From a virus: 64,000 bases of DNA. The stretch is from positions 1 through 64,000 of IMG/VR virus record IMGVR_UViG_3300042345_000884; one strand, 5' to 3'. Made by a program: the position numbers and the translations under genes. This document shows positions 18,318 through 28,549 of this stretch, one piece after another. Each line of letters begins with the position of its first letter. Positions within the stretch are counted from its first letter, which is position 1. The notes under the pieces are model-generated. The model was not told the origin of the DNA. It ran no database searches and worked only from the letters and a program-made list of their open reading frames with translations.

Positions 18318-19592
18318 ATGGCAAAAAAGAAGAAAAAGGATGATAAGGCATTAAGAGGTTCTCAGCGTTCCCTGTCCTCACCGGGGATCGTGTCGGTATC
18401 GCGTCGGTACGATCTAGAGATTACGGAAAATCCTATCCGTGACCCGAGAATATCGAGAGAATTGATTGAACTTAATCAATGGTGTTATGAAGTGATCCAT
18501 GCCTTAGACATGGCCGCTTCTGATACCTTTGCATCCGACGATGGGGATGATCAAGGATGGATAATAGCCAAAACCCTTGACGATGAAGAAACTCCTATTA
18601 ACCCAGAAGTGTTTGCTATTGCAGAAGATATTAGGTTAAGGAAACAAAATTTTTCAACCTATGTCATTGGTGGGGATAGACTCAAGAAAGCCCTAAGATG
18701 GGCATTAGGAAAAGGGGAATGTTTTCTAGAGTTAGGTATCGAGCGAGAAGGTTTATCTGCCAACAAGTCTAAAGATTTCTGTGTAGCAAAGACTCTTTAT
18801 CTACCTACCTTTGAGATGTTTAGAAAAGAAACAGATCAAGGGGAATTAATAGGATTTGAGCAAAGAAAATACGTTTCGGAGTCTGACCCTGATTATTTTT
18901 TTGAACCTTATAAAATCTGCCATATTCGCCATGAACCTGATTTCCTTTACGGTCGCTCTCTTTGGTTAGCTTCATTAGATGCTTGGGCTGATGTTAAGCA
19001 GGCTTTTGATAATTTAATTAGGGCATCTAATGACTTAGGAGTTTCCCCGACTCTTCATATCATGCCAGGAGTATCTAGAGAACAGTCTGAGAGTTACGAA
19101 CGAGACTTAGGAATCCGTAGGAAAAGTGGTATTATAACCGATCATGTTCTCAAGTTTCCCGGTCAAGATATTCGCAAAATGGCTAATTTTAACTCTGATT
19201 TAACAGGGTTAGTCGACACTCTTTTACAATGCCGATACAAGCTAATTATCCCCGGGTTCCCTACCTATTTCTTTCCGGGATTAGAGTCAAAAGGGGGAAC
19301 TAAAGAATTATCCCGGTCGCCTGATCGTCGGTATTCTAGGATGCGATACGGATGGTGTCAGCTTCTTAGTGGTGCGATTAAGCAGGTGATCGATACAGAA
19401 ATCATTCTCAGAAAAGGATTAGATTTTTATACTGAAAATGCTAGAAATAAATATCGGATATTGTGGCCAGAATGGAGTGAGTCTATCGATGGTATGTCAG
19501 GGGGAGAAGTTGAGGACAATGATTCTGATTTAAGCGATGAAGAAACTAATAAACAACCTGTTAAAAAATTAAATATAAATCAAAATGATTAA
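18318..19592 (+). CDS. portal protein
   Basis: size, GECFLEL, ICHIRH..DFLYGRS motif, position before head genes. Confidence 0.75.
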   Translation: MAKKKKKDDKALRGSQRSLSSPGIVSVSRRYDLEITENPIRDPRISRELIELNQWCYEVIHALDMAASDTFASDDGDDQGWIIAKTLDDEETPINPEVFAIAEDIRLRKQNFSTYVIGGDRLKKALRWALGKGECFLELGIEREGLSANKSKDFCVAKTLYLPTFEMFRKETDQGELIGFEQRKYVSESDPDYFFEPYKICHIRHEPDFLYGRSLWLASLDAWADVKQAFDNLIRASNDLGVSPTLHIMPGVSREQSESYERDLGIRRKSGIITDHVLKFPGQDIRKMANFNSDLTGLVDTLLQCRYKLIIPGFPTYFFPGLESKGGTKELSRSPDRRYSRMRYGWCQLLSGAIKQVIDTEIILRKGLDFYTENARNKYRILWPEWSESIDGMSGGEVEDNDSDLSDEETNKQPVKKLNINQND

Positions 19593-20481
19593 TCAAATTA
19601 TTCACGGTGATTGTTTTGATATTTTACAACAAATTCCTGATAATTCAATAGATGCCGTGATAACTGATCCGCCGTATGGCATTGGATTGGCTAAATGGGA
19701 TTCTGTAATTGATATTCCATTGTTTACCAGAGAAGTAAAACGAGTTACCAATGGCTTTTATTGCTTTTTTGGACAAATGCCAACGATGGTTAATTGGATT
19801 AATTCGGCTAATGATGAAAAATTGCATCATTGCAAGCATATCTCATGGGTAAAAAGGACAGAGATGCCTGTACAGCCAAGATTAAAGCGTAAACATGAGA
19901 GTATTTTTATATATGCTCAAGATTCAAGTAAAAGGTATTTTAAACAGACCGGACGATATGAAGACGTAAAAATACCTGGTATATTGTTTGACGTTATTAC
20001 TATTCAAGCAATACAGAGAACTATAAGCGATTTAAGAACTGGAAAAAGCAATAGGATACATAAATGTAATCACTTAGGGCAGTTTAGTAGCTCAACGAGA
20101 AACCTCGGAAAAGAACACAGGCGTATAAATATAGACGATTCTAACTACACAAATGTGTGGTCTTTTTTGCCTCCTGTGTTTAGTGATGGTAGATGCCAAA
20201 AACAATCTTATAATCATCCTACAGAAAAGCCGATAGAAGTAATGAAACGGTTAGTAGAAATGTTAACTCCTCCCGGTGGGACAGTCTTAGACCCTTTTTG
20301 TGGTTCTGGTACTACTGCCTTAGCTTGCAAAGAATTAGGTAGAAATTATATCTGTATCGAGAAAGAACTAGAATATTATCGAATAGCCTGTAATAGATTG
20401 AACCAACCTATAGAACATATTCCAGATGAACCGATAGAAGAACCAGTAGATAATTCTCCATTACAGTTAAAACTGTTTTAA
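19585..20481 (+). CDS. DNA methyltransferase, N6-A/N4-C beta class
   Basis: DPPY; HPTEKP; DPFCGSGTT. Confidence 0.9.
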   Translation: MINQIIHGDCFDILQQIPDNSIDAVITDPPYGIGLAKWDSVIDIPLFTREVKRVTNGFYCFFGQMPTMVNWINSANDEKLHHCKHISWVKRTEMPVQPRLKRKHESIFIYAQDSSKRYFKQTGRYEDVKIPGILFDVITIQAIQRTISDLRTGKSNRIHKCNHLGQFSSSTRNLGKEHRRINIDDSNYTNVWSFLPPVFSDGRCQKQSYNHPTEKPIEVMKRLVEMLTPPGGTVLDPFCGSGTTALACKELGRNYICIEKELEYYRIACNRLNQPIEHIPDEPIEEPVDNSPLQLKLF

Positions 20482-20694
20482 ATTTGATAAAATACAGTAA
20501 AGCCAAGAGGTAACTATGACAAATCTAAAAGCTTATGTTGTTCCCGATTCTAATGATAATATTCGAGTCGCCAATATGACCGAACTGGAGGTTATTGAAG
20601 CTTTAAAAGACGAGGTGTCTAAGCTAAAAGCTCAGATCGGCGAACTTAACAAAGCAGAAACAGAAGCGTAAGTGGATTAGGGAACTGACAAGAA

Positions 20695-20721
20695 ATAACT
20701 CTTGACTGTCAAGAGTTATTA
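20695..20721. terminator. palindromic hairpin
   Basis: AATAACTCTTGAC-T-GTCAAGAGTTATT. Confidence 0.6.
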
Positions 20722-20742
20722 TTTAATTTAAAGAGAAAATTC

Positions 20743-20967
20743 ATGAATGACAATAACTTTGACGCTATTATCGAAGATTTGAGTATCGAAGACTTGAGAG
20801 CCGAATACGCCGAATTAACTGACTCATACGACAATCTGATGCTTGATTATGAAAGATTAAAATTAAAGGTAAAAATGTTAGAAGTTAAAAACCGTAATCT
20901 AATAGCTAAACTTAATAAATCAGAAAACATCCAAGAATTAGTTTATGACGGACTGGGAGACAAATAA
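20743..20967 (+). CDS. coiled-coil hypothetical protein
   Basis: ORF with heptad pattern. Confidence 0.6.
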   Translation: MNDNNFDAIIEDLSIEDLRAEYAELTDSYDNLMLDYERLKLKVKMLEVKNRNLIAKLNKSENIQELVYDGLGDK

Positions 20968-20971
20968 CACC

Positions 20972-21346
20972 ATGACAGAAGGAATTACAGTCAACGATAA
21001 CTTTATACCTTGCGACCCTAGTAAGGTTTCAGATGGATACCACACTTTTGAAGAACTTTATGACCATCGATGTCTTTTATTTATTCAGCTAATCGGATTA
21101 CTGCCAGCTTTTTCGTTTGCCTCTTATTGTCACAGCGACGAGACTGTGTGGGAAGGATGGTTTATTGCGGGCTGTAAATTGAATAGCGGAATGATTACCT
21201 ATCATTTACCGATAAAATTTGCAGATTTAATTCCTAATTGCGTATGGGTTTATAAAGCTCCTGAATGGGATGGACATACTTCGCGTGATGTTTGTGATCG
21301 GCTAATCAAAGAAGCTAAAACCAGAAAAATACTACTATACAAATAG
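20972..21346 (+). CDS. WDGH-domain phage protein
   Basis: SDGYHTFEELYDHR...GWFI...ITYHLP...PEWDGHT. Confidence 0.7.
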   Translation: MTEGITVNDNFIPCDPSKVSDGYHTFEELYDHRCLLFIQLIGLLPAFSFASYCHSDETVWEGWFIAGCKLNSGMITYHLPIKFADLIPNCVWVYKAPEWDGHTSRDVCDRLIKEAKTRKILLYK

Positions 21347-21510
21347 CATGACAGATAAATTCAACCCAGAAGATAAAAACCTACAACCAGTTGCTCGATT
21401 ACTAGAGAGAGCCGAAGTAACAGATGACGACATTCAGAAAGCTATCGATGACTGGAAAAAGAAACCTCCGGATGACGAATTTAAGAATCTATTAGAACCT
21501 GAAATAAGCT

Positions 21511-22155
21511 ATGAATGATTTTTCCTTTAACCCCGCGACCCGACGCTATCGAGATAATCGAACGGGGAGATTTGTCTCTACTGAAAAAGTTAGACAAATC
21601 TCCCAACAAACTATTAATACCCGTATCCAAAAGACAGATAGTATTACCCGCGACCTTTTGCAAAAAAAAATAACTGTCAGTGAGTGGGAAGAAAAAATGT
21701 CTCTTGAAATTAAAGACTTAACTATTCAACTTTATCGAATCGGCAAGCCCGATATGAACGCTTCTGACTACGGTAGAATCGGTCAGATGCTTCGCACTCA
21801 ATACGCACGATTAAGAAAGTTTTCCCGTGATATTATTCTTGGCACTCAATCAGAGGCTCAAATAATCAACCGCTCTAAGATGTATGTTGCTAAGTCTAGG
21901 GAAGCTTTTGAAGAGGGAAATAGAAGAGGACACGCTCTAATCAACAAGTGGGAAAAGAGAATAATTACCAAAAGAGAGTCTTGCCAAGAGTGCCTTTTTT
22001 ATGAGAGTGCCGGCTGGCAACCGATAGGGACACTCCCCCGACCGACCGAGAAATGTACCTGTCGGGCTAATTGTGGCTGTTATTTTGTTTTTTCTAATTC
22101 TAGGACACGCCCTACCCAGAATATGCTCTCGTTAAATTTTGGATGGACAAAATAA
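21511..22155 (+). CDS. head morphogenesis (minor capsid) protein
   Basis: C-terminal CQEC...LPRP...C.CRANCGC. Confidence 0.7.
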   Translation: MNDFSFNPATRRYRDNRTGRFVSTEKVRQISQQTINTRIQKTDSITRDLLQKKITVSEWEEKMSLEIKDLTIQLYRIGKPDMNASDYGRIGQMLRTQYARLRKFSRDIILGTQSEAQIINRSKMYVAKSREAFEEGNRRGHALINKWEKRIITKRESCQECLFYESAGWQPIGTLPRPTEKCTCRANCGCYFVFSNSRTRPTQNMLSLNFGWTK

Positions 22156-22335
22156 AAAAGCGTGGAGGCCACTTCCACGCTAGATAAACTATAGACTTCT
22201 TATGGAGACGAAAACTTTATATTGAAATTGGCTATTTATAGTTTTGGATGGAAACTACACTCTATTAATATACATCAACTAACCATAAACGTCAAGTCTT
22301 TAGATAGAATTGTTTGTAAAGTATTTTTTATTGCT

Positions 22336-23055
22336 ATGGAACTAAAATTAACCCGCGCTGAATTAGAAAGCCTGCTACAGACCCGTCATCCCACTGATGA
22401 CGAGATGCAATTAATCAACCAATTTAAACCCTACGGACTCGATCCGTGGGAATCATCGGAAATAATCCGATTTTGTGTGATTGCCTCAAATAATTTAATT
22501 CACAGTTCTGGACAGGTATGGGATAAAAATGCACTAGAAACTATGGTGGCTAGTTTTCCCGAATGTTCGTTTATGATTGATCACGAATGGGACGATCAAA
22601 CTAAAACTTTTGGGATGATCTACGATTCTTTTATTTATTCCTTACCCAGCGTAAGTAAAGAAGGGATAACAAAAATCCTCGAAAAATCCCCTAATCCGAA
22701 CGAAGATTATCGAATTATTCAAAAAACCGGTTATCATCAGGTCTTGGTTTTTGGTTTCGTAGAAGCAACTCACCCAGTTGTTTCAGAAATTTTTTACGGG
22801 CGTAAAGCCAATATTTCAATGGGGGGAATTTTCTACGGTGAATCAATTTGTCCTATCTGTGATATTCCATATAGTGATCCTAAATGCCCCCATTACCCCC
22901 CATATATGGCGGGATTAGTAGATGAAGAAATGTTAACCTCTTATTACCGCCGATCCGGGAAGATGGAATCCGTCGAATGCAGTTTCGTTGCCACTGGCGC
23001 TTGTCGTCAAGCGAGATTAGTAGATTCTCGTCTTAATACTTTTGTTTTTTCCTAA
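22336..23055 (+). CDS. prohead protease-like protein
   Basis: IDHEWD, ISMG, CPIC...CPH, ECSFV; directly before capsid gene. Confidence 0.65.
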   Translation: MELKLTRAELESLLQTRHPTDDEMQLINQFKPYGLDPWESSEIIRFCVIASNNLIHSSGQVWDKNALETMVASFPECSFMIDHEWDDQTKTFGMIYDSFIYSLPSVSKEGITKILEKSPNPNEDYRIIQKTGYHQVLVFGFVEATHPVVSEIFYGRKANISMGGIFYGESICPICDIPYSDPKCPHYPPYMAGLVDEEMLTSYYRRSGKMESVECSFVATGACRQARLVDSRLNTFVFS

Positions 23056-23110
23056 AACAGAAAGTTCTGTACTACAATTGTATTTAATAGTTAGTGATCA
23101 GCAATCGGTA

Positions 23111-25012
23111 ATGAAAAATACCCTAAAAGAAATTAAGCGGGTTACTCCCGTAGTTATTAAAGATTCAGTAGAAGGAAGTGATACTCCTTCTCAAGAGGAA
23201 GTCTTTACCTTGACTAAAAAAGCGGCTTTTCGAGGTGACTTAAAGCCCTCTGATAGCAGTGGCGTGCCAGTTAAAAATTCTGACTCCGACGAACCTGCTA
23301 CCACTCCCGCTACTGCCCCTGCGCCAGTTTTTGACCCTAAAATGCTTCAAGAGCTTGTACAAAATACTGTGACAGCAACCGTAGCATCGGTACAGCAAGC
23401 AATGGAATCGGAAAAACAATCGGCATTAGAAGCACAAAAGCAACAGTTTGAGGCTACGAAAGCTGCCTTAGAAGCTTCTCTTAATTCTGCTGCGGAAGCT
23501 ATCCAAAAATCTAATGAAAAAATCACTCAACTAGAAACTAAAGTCACTGAGTCAGAAAAGACGATTAATAATTTTGCTGACTTAGGAAAGCTTTACGGTA
23601 GCCAAACACCAGAAAAAATGCAGTTCCCTAACATCAATAAAACCGTCGCCCATGATGCTGATAAAATTACAGGTGCGCTTGACGAAACCTTTGGTTTGAT
23701 TGAAGACATTCAGAAAAATTCTGGTGTAATCTATTCGGCTCCTGTAATGGGCGGTAATCAGACAGTAAACTTGTACGATAAAGTACGATTAGATCGCCAT
23801 GTTAAAAATAACCGGCAACAGATTGTCAACTCTTTAGATGATTGGGGTCGCAAACAAGGCTGGTTCAGGGGGACTCGTTCGGCTCCTGTAATGGGCGGTC
23901 AAGTTTCAAAAAATGCCCCAACGACTGCGGCGGATTTGCCTCCGTTTTTTCTTGATACTTTGTCAGCAATTCTCCGTACAACCCAAATCCCTGGGTTTGC
24001 ATTTTGGCAGATTCCTAATTATGCCTTAGACTTTACGGCTCGTAATGGAACTGTTATCCGAATTCCCCGATTAAATTACCTGATGAGTTCCCCGTCAGTA
24101 AGTGATTACCAACTATCAGGAAAGGGTGAGTACGCTGATCTGACTTCTGAATCAGATAATAATAGTGCATCTAGCGTATCGGCAGAAATCTTTGAGTACG
24201 GAAGAGGTAAGGTAGGGGCTTCTACTGCAATCCGACCTGTTTCTATCCCAGCTTTCACTGAATATTTTAGTGCGATGGGAATGATTGATTGGATGCAGAA
24301 TACGCTGTATTACGACTATGCAAGTTTTGATAATACCATGATCAAAACTATGCTTGATAGCACGTCTTTGCATCTTTACAACAAAAAAGGTAGTCTCGTT
24401 ACTTCTCCTACTGGACTATCAGCAACAGGAGATGATGGAACTTTTACCAAAGGATTCTTGCGGCGATCATATCAATATGCCCACGATAACAGGTTCCAAA
24501 TGTACCCTGACCAGACGTATTTGTTATTCCTAAATTCGACTCAAATTCTGCAATTAAAAGAGAGTTATGATGACGATTGGCAAGCAAATACGACTCGCGA
24601 TCTTGACGCTTTACTAAATATTCTCAATCCGTCTTATATTCCCCCTGGGGATACTGGAAGGGTTAGCTCATATTTAGGGTTGGTAGAAAAATTCCATATC
24701 TTTGAAACTGGCAATAGTGTCGGGGTCGGAGCGGCTGGTCAACCTGGTGTCCAGAGTGAAACATTAGGCGGTTCTTTAGGTGCTAAAACTACCCGTACTG
24801 GTTATTTAATCGGAGCCGGTGCGTTAGGTGTTGGTGTAGGGATGCCGTTTCAAATCACTTTTGATAATGTCACTCAATTTGATCGTCGGATTCGGGCAAC
24901 TTGGTTAGCGTGGCTTGGTTACAAAACCCTAGACGTTGACCCCGTGGGTACCGGTGAAGCTTCTCAACAGTTACGAGTAGCTGAATTACGCACTTTAGAC
25001 GTGGCTGTATAA
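23111..25012 (+). CDS. major capsid protein with N-terminal scaffold domain
   Basis: coiled-coil N-third; GTVIRIPR E-loop and HK97-like C-terminus; synteny. Confidence 0.75.
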   Translation: MKNTLKEIKRVTPVVIKDSVEGSDTPSQEEVFTLTKKAAFRGDLKPSDSSGVPVKNSDSDEPATTPATAPAPVFDPKMLQELVQNTVTATVASVQQAMESEKQSALEAQKQQFEATKAALEASLNSAAEAIQKSNEKITQLETKVTESEKTINNFADLGKLYGSQTPEKMQFPNINKTVAHDADKITGALDETFGLIEDIQKNSGVIYSAPVMGGNQTVNLYDKVRLDRHVKNNRQQIVNSLDDWGRKQGWFRGTRSAPVMGGQVSKNAPTTAADLPPFFLDTLSAILRTTQIPGFAFWQIPNYALDFTARNGTVIRIPRLNYLMSSPSVSDYQLSGKGEYADLTSESDNNSASSVSAEIFEYGRGKVGASTAIRPVSIPAFTEYFSAMGMIDWMQNTLYYDYASFDNTMIKTMLDSTSLHLYNKKGSLVTSPTGLSATGDDGTFTKGFLRRSYQYAHDNRFQMYPDQTYLLFLNSTQILQLKESYDDDWQANTTRDLDALLNILNPSYIPPGDTGRVSSYLGLVEKFHIFETGNSVGVGAAGQPGVQSETLGGSLGAKTTRTGYLIGAGALGVGVGMPFQITFDNVTQFDRRIRATWLAWLGYKTLDVDPVGTGEASQQLRVAELRTLDVAV

Positions 25013-25032
25013 ATCTTATCTCTCTAACAATT

Positions 25033-25260
25033 ATGGCAAGCAAAGAAACCACCATCGAAGAAACTCCATCTATTGCAACAAGTGGAACTAAAAACATTCC
25101 CCCGACAAATGGAACCAATGAGGTTACTTATAACAATCTGAAAGCATTGGGCTATCCAGTTTGTAACCGGTGTAAAGGTCAACTCAGAACTGATCTCGAT
25201 CATCGTCCATTTTGTCCGGTTCATGACAACTCATGTCCTTTGTTGAGTAAAATTTCCTAA
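25033..25260 (+). CDS. small Zn-binding protein
   Basis: CNRC...CPVH..C. Confidence 0.6.
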   Translation: MASKETTIEETPSIATSGTKNIPPTNGTNEVTYNNLKALGYPVCNRCKGQLRTDLDHRPFCPVHDNSCPLLSKIS

Positions 25261-25931
25261 TGATTTTTAGCATTGATGACCTCCTACTATTCGCACCATC
25301 GGTATCTTTACCAGAAGATGCCGTCACTGGTGCGATTTACTTTGTTCAATCAATTGTAGAGGGGGATAGAGGTGCGGATCGACCTTTAGAAATTACCCGT
25401 CACAGAGAAAAGCTAAGAGTTAACCTAAAATTCCAAAATTTTAGGTTAACTTATGTCAGCATAAATACTCCAATTGTCAGTAATCCCGCTCCGATAATTA
25501 AAGCTAGATTAGGCAATGTTACCGATGGATTTAATCGGGCTATCGCTCCTGACAGTTGGCAGACTTTAACTTCTAACGATTATATGATCGATGTCGATGG
25601 TCAGATTCATTTATCTACTGCAATCAGCAGATCGTGGGGATATTGGGGTTATCATGGCTATAATCGTGAGCCATATCCTGAGTTTTCCGAGGCTGATGTG
25701 GAGTATTCTAGTGGCATTGATTTCTCTCAAGATACCCGACAAATAAGAGAAATAAAAGCGGCTTTTGGTCGTATTTTAGATTGGGTATGTAATACGGGTT
25801 CTTTTAAAGGTGTTTCATCTGTAGAATTGCCTTTTGAAGAGGCAAAGATTAACTATGGAACTGGTCAACTTGGTACAATTCCCGATGATTTGTTGATGGT
25901 ATTTAAAAAGTATCGCCCAATAAGCTTATGA
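25260..25931 (+). CDS. head-tail adaptor
   Basis: synteny; V.YSSG and IPDDLLMVFKKYR C-terminus. Confidence 0.65.
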   Translation: MIFSIDDLLLFAPSVSLPEDAVTGAIYFVQSIVEGDRGADRPLEITRHREKLRVNLKFQNFRLTYVSINTPIVSNPAPIIKARLGNVTDGFNRAIAPDSWQTLTSNDYMIDVDGQIHLSTAISRSWGYWGYHGYNREPYPEFSEADVEYSSGIDFSQDTRQIREIKAAFGRILDWVCNTGSFKGVSSVELPFEEAKINYGTGQLGTIPDDLLMVFKKYRPISL

Positions 25932-26338
25932 AAGCAACTTTCATCTGTCCACTCCCCCCGACTCTCAATGAACAGATCAGGTTAGCTCGTGCAAACAAAT
26001 TTAAAAGTGCGACTACTAAAAAAGACTGGGATGCTGATTTACAAAAACTTATCATAGAACAAGAAATTCCACGTTTTCCTGATAAAGTATGGCTACTCTA
26101 TGAATGGCGAATTAAGAATTTTGGGCGTGACCCTGACAATATTTGTGGTAGCGCAAAATATGTTAACGATGGACTAAAAAAAGCGGGGGTTGTTGTCAAT
26201 GACAGTTTGAAATATATTTATGGATACGATTCAATCTTTACAAAATGGCATAAAGATGAATTAAAGTTAATAATTAGTGACAAACCAATCATAAAGAAAA
26301 TTTTTATAGAAGACGATGATAACAATGAGACATCTTAA
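25928..26338 (+). CDS. rusA: RusA-like Holliday junction resolvase
   Basis: PPTLN, RDPDN...K...DGL...GVVVND. Confidence 0.75.
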   Translation: MKATFICPLPPTLNEQIRLARANKFKSATTKKDWDADLQKLIIEQEIPRFPDKVWLLYEWRIKNFGRDPDNICGSAKYVNDGLKKAGVVVNDSLKYIYGYDSIFTKWHKDELKLIISDKPIIKKIFIEDDDNNETS

Positions 26339-26486
26339 ATTAGACCCATCTATTGTCTGTGTTTTAATTGTTTTTGCTTACTTGATTCATTCTTTTTTTA
26401 CTCCTGAAACTAGCGATACTTACGGCATTGTTATTACAGCAATTGTTTCTGGATACCTCGGTTATTTGAAAGGTTCTGAAAACTAA
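26325..26486 (+). CDS. 53-aa two-TM holin-like protein
   Basis: MRHLKLDPSIVCVLIVFAYLIHSFF...YGIVITAIVSGYLGYLKG; below ORF cut-off. Confidence 0.5.
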   Translation: MRHLKLDPSIVCVLIVFAYLIHSFFTPETSDTYGIVITAIVSGYLGYLKGSEN

Positions 26487-26917
26487 CTACCTTGTTCAAA
26501 TCTTACATAAAGTTTAATCCTGCGTCCTAATTTTGCGGCGATTCCTAACTGTTGACTTGTTGGGGACTCAAACACATTTAACTGCCTAACAAGACCAATT
26601 CTGCCATTAATTGTTACTTGTATCTCTCCTGTAGTCTTAATTGGGAACGGGTAATCTTTAGGCTTTACTAATCTTCCCTCAAAGTATTCACAATCAAGAT
26701 AGCTACCCTCTTGTACTTCCGCTATAGGAGGTTTTGCCTGTTGCAGCCAACAGGCAATTACTACGGATTCCATCGCTGTAGGGCCTATAATCGGATTGCC
26801 TACACTATCGGTAGTCATAGTAGAACCCATAGCCACGGAAAAGGATAGAGAAGAATTAGCCTTAATCGTAGGATTTTCTAGAAATTTCCCCGCAACCCCA
26901 ATAGCAGTGTCGAACAT
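26483..26917 (-). CDS. hypothetical protein, possible head-closure protein
   Basis: TDSVGNP motif typical of stopper proteins. Confidence 0.45.
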   Translation of the reverse strand: MFDTAIGVAGKFLENPTIKANSSLSFSVAMGSTMTTDSVGNPIIGPTAMESVVIACWLQQAKPPIAEVQEGSYLDCEYFEGRLVKPKDYPFPIKTTGEIQVTINGRIGLVRQLNVFESPTSQQLGIAAKLGRRIKLYVRFEQGS

Positions 26918-26962
26918 TTGTATTAATATAAATTTATCTAATCTCAGTGTAACAAAACTGTC

Positions 26963-26991
26963 TTGACAATTCAAGCAAGAAGCCATATAGT
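26963..26991 (+). promoter_or_regulatory. sigma70 promoter (CTTGACAATTC class)
   Basis: TTGACA-17-TATAGT. Confidence 0.7.
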
Positions 26992-27108
26992 TTAGTTATG
27001 GGTGCGAAACGTTTAGGCAACGCTAAAACTCAGACAGAAAAAGATATTAAATTGATAATCGAAAAGGCGGACAAACAAAGCCAAATAACTATCTAAAAGA
27101 GGTGCGTC

Positions 27109-27657
27109 ATGGGAAAATCTCAACTTTGTAAAAACTCATTATCTCTTGGGGTAAAAATGGGAAACACATTAAGTTATGTAGTTTTTTGTAACTACTGTAG
27201 TTTTGAGATTCAAGAATGCCTAGACATTAAAAGCATTGAACTGCTAAAAAATATTATTCAGGAAACTATCAAGGCTAATCCGATAAAAAAGTACACACAA
27301 GCAAACTGGAAAAATTGGATAAAAACCAGTCGATTAATTATTCCAGGTTTTAATGGCGTATGGAAGAAATTAAAAAAGATTAGGCAAAACTATTTTAGAA
27401 AAACAATGCAAGAAATGTGGCAAAAAATGAACGACTTTGATTACAGTCAATACGAATATGATATATTTGAAAAACTATGGGACGAGAAAGCATGGGATGA
27501 ATTTCAGGAATCATGGGAAAAAGATTGCAGAGAAAGACAAAGAAAACTGGCTAGAGAACTAGCTTACACTAATGATTTGTGGGAAATTTTAGTAAAGACA
27601 AAGCAAAAATTACCTAGTTTTGATAATTTTGGGAAGGAGTTAGGCAATGGAAGATAG
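27109..27657 (+). CDS. hypothetical protein
   Basis: GAGG RBS plus ORF. Confidence 0.65.
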   Translation: MGKSQLCKNSLSLGVKMGNTLSYVVFCNYCSFEIQECLDIKSIELLKNIIQETIKANPIKKYTQANWKNWIKTSRLIIPGFNGVWKKLKKIRQNYFRKTMQEMWQKMNDFDYSQYEYDIFEKLWDEKAWDEFQESWEKDCRERQRKLARELAYTNDLWEILVKTKQKLPSFDNFGKELGNGR

Positions 27658-27937
27658 AATTAAAGCTAGACTTGCTTTTGTAGAAAAAACCAAAAAAGAC
27701 TTAACAGAATTAAGAAGTCGAATTTTGGGGGAACGAATGTCAAAAGAACAATATTATCAAGATAAAGTTAATGATGCTATTAGCATTAAAAACACTGTTT
27801 CTTTTTTTAACAAACATTCTGATAGAATAAAAGAAGAATTTGGCAACCCTGATTTTGAAGCTTTATTCGATAAAAGATTAGTCATGAAAATCACTTGTTT
27901 TGACAATTTTTGGGAAGAGTTAGATAATGGAAGATAA
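27647..27937 (+). CDS. hypothetical protein
   Basis: AGGAG RBS, coupled overlap. Confidence 0.65.
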   Translation: MEDRIKARLAFVEKTKKDLTELRSRILGERMSKEQYYQDKVNDAISIKNTVSFFNKHSDRIKEEFGNPDFEALFDKRLVMKITCFDNFWEELDNGR

Positions 27938-28121
27938 ATTCACACTAGAAGATTACATTTACGTTGCTATTGACCCAGAAGTAGCAAGAAAGCTACTTAA
28001 AAAACACAAAAAAGACTGGAAACCTTTTGACGAATTTAACGGCTTTTATCACTGTCTAAAAGACACACTAAAAGACTTTGATAATAGATTTGAACCCAAA
28101 AAAGAAGAGTCTGAATTTTAA
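27927..28121 (+). CDS. hypothetical protein
   Basis: coupled overlap. Confidence 0.6.
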   Translation: MEDKFTLEDYIYVAIDPEVARKLLKKHKKDWKPFDEFNGFYHCLKDTLKDFDNRFEPKKEESEF

Positions 28122-28136
28122 CTTTGGAGTAATAAA

Positions 28137-28340
28137 ATGTCTCAACCTATCGAACTTTCCCTAGAGCAACAGTTTAACATTCGTTCATTTCAGACTCAGG
28201 TAGAAAAAATGAGTCGTGAACAAGCCCAATGCTTTTTAGTTGAACTTTACGAACAAATGATAGTTAGGGAAAGTATGTACAAAGCTTTTCTTAAACACCA
28301 GTGGGGATTAGGAGATAATCCTTTCCCAAAAATAGAGTAA
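28137..28340 (+). CDS. nblA: phycobilisome degradation protein NblA
   Basis: ELSLEQQFNIRSF..QV..MSREQAQ.FL..LYEQM..RE..YK..LKHQWGL. Confidence 0.95.
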   Translation: MSQPIELSLEQQFNIRSFQTQVEKMSREQAQCFLVELYEQMIVRESMYKAFLKHQWGLGDNPFPKIE

Positions 28341-28549
28341 TACCACAATGTCAGTTATCAGTTATCAGTTTTTACATCTCTCAAGCAAAATAAAGGCAAA
28401 ACTAATTATGACTATGACTCTTCAAGAAATACAACAGAAAATAGATTTACTTCTAGAAGAAATAGAAAACTGGAAACCTAAATCTGATTTATTTCTGAAA
28501 GAAATAGAAACTTGGAAGCAACCCAATATTAAAGAAAAAGGAAAAGCCA

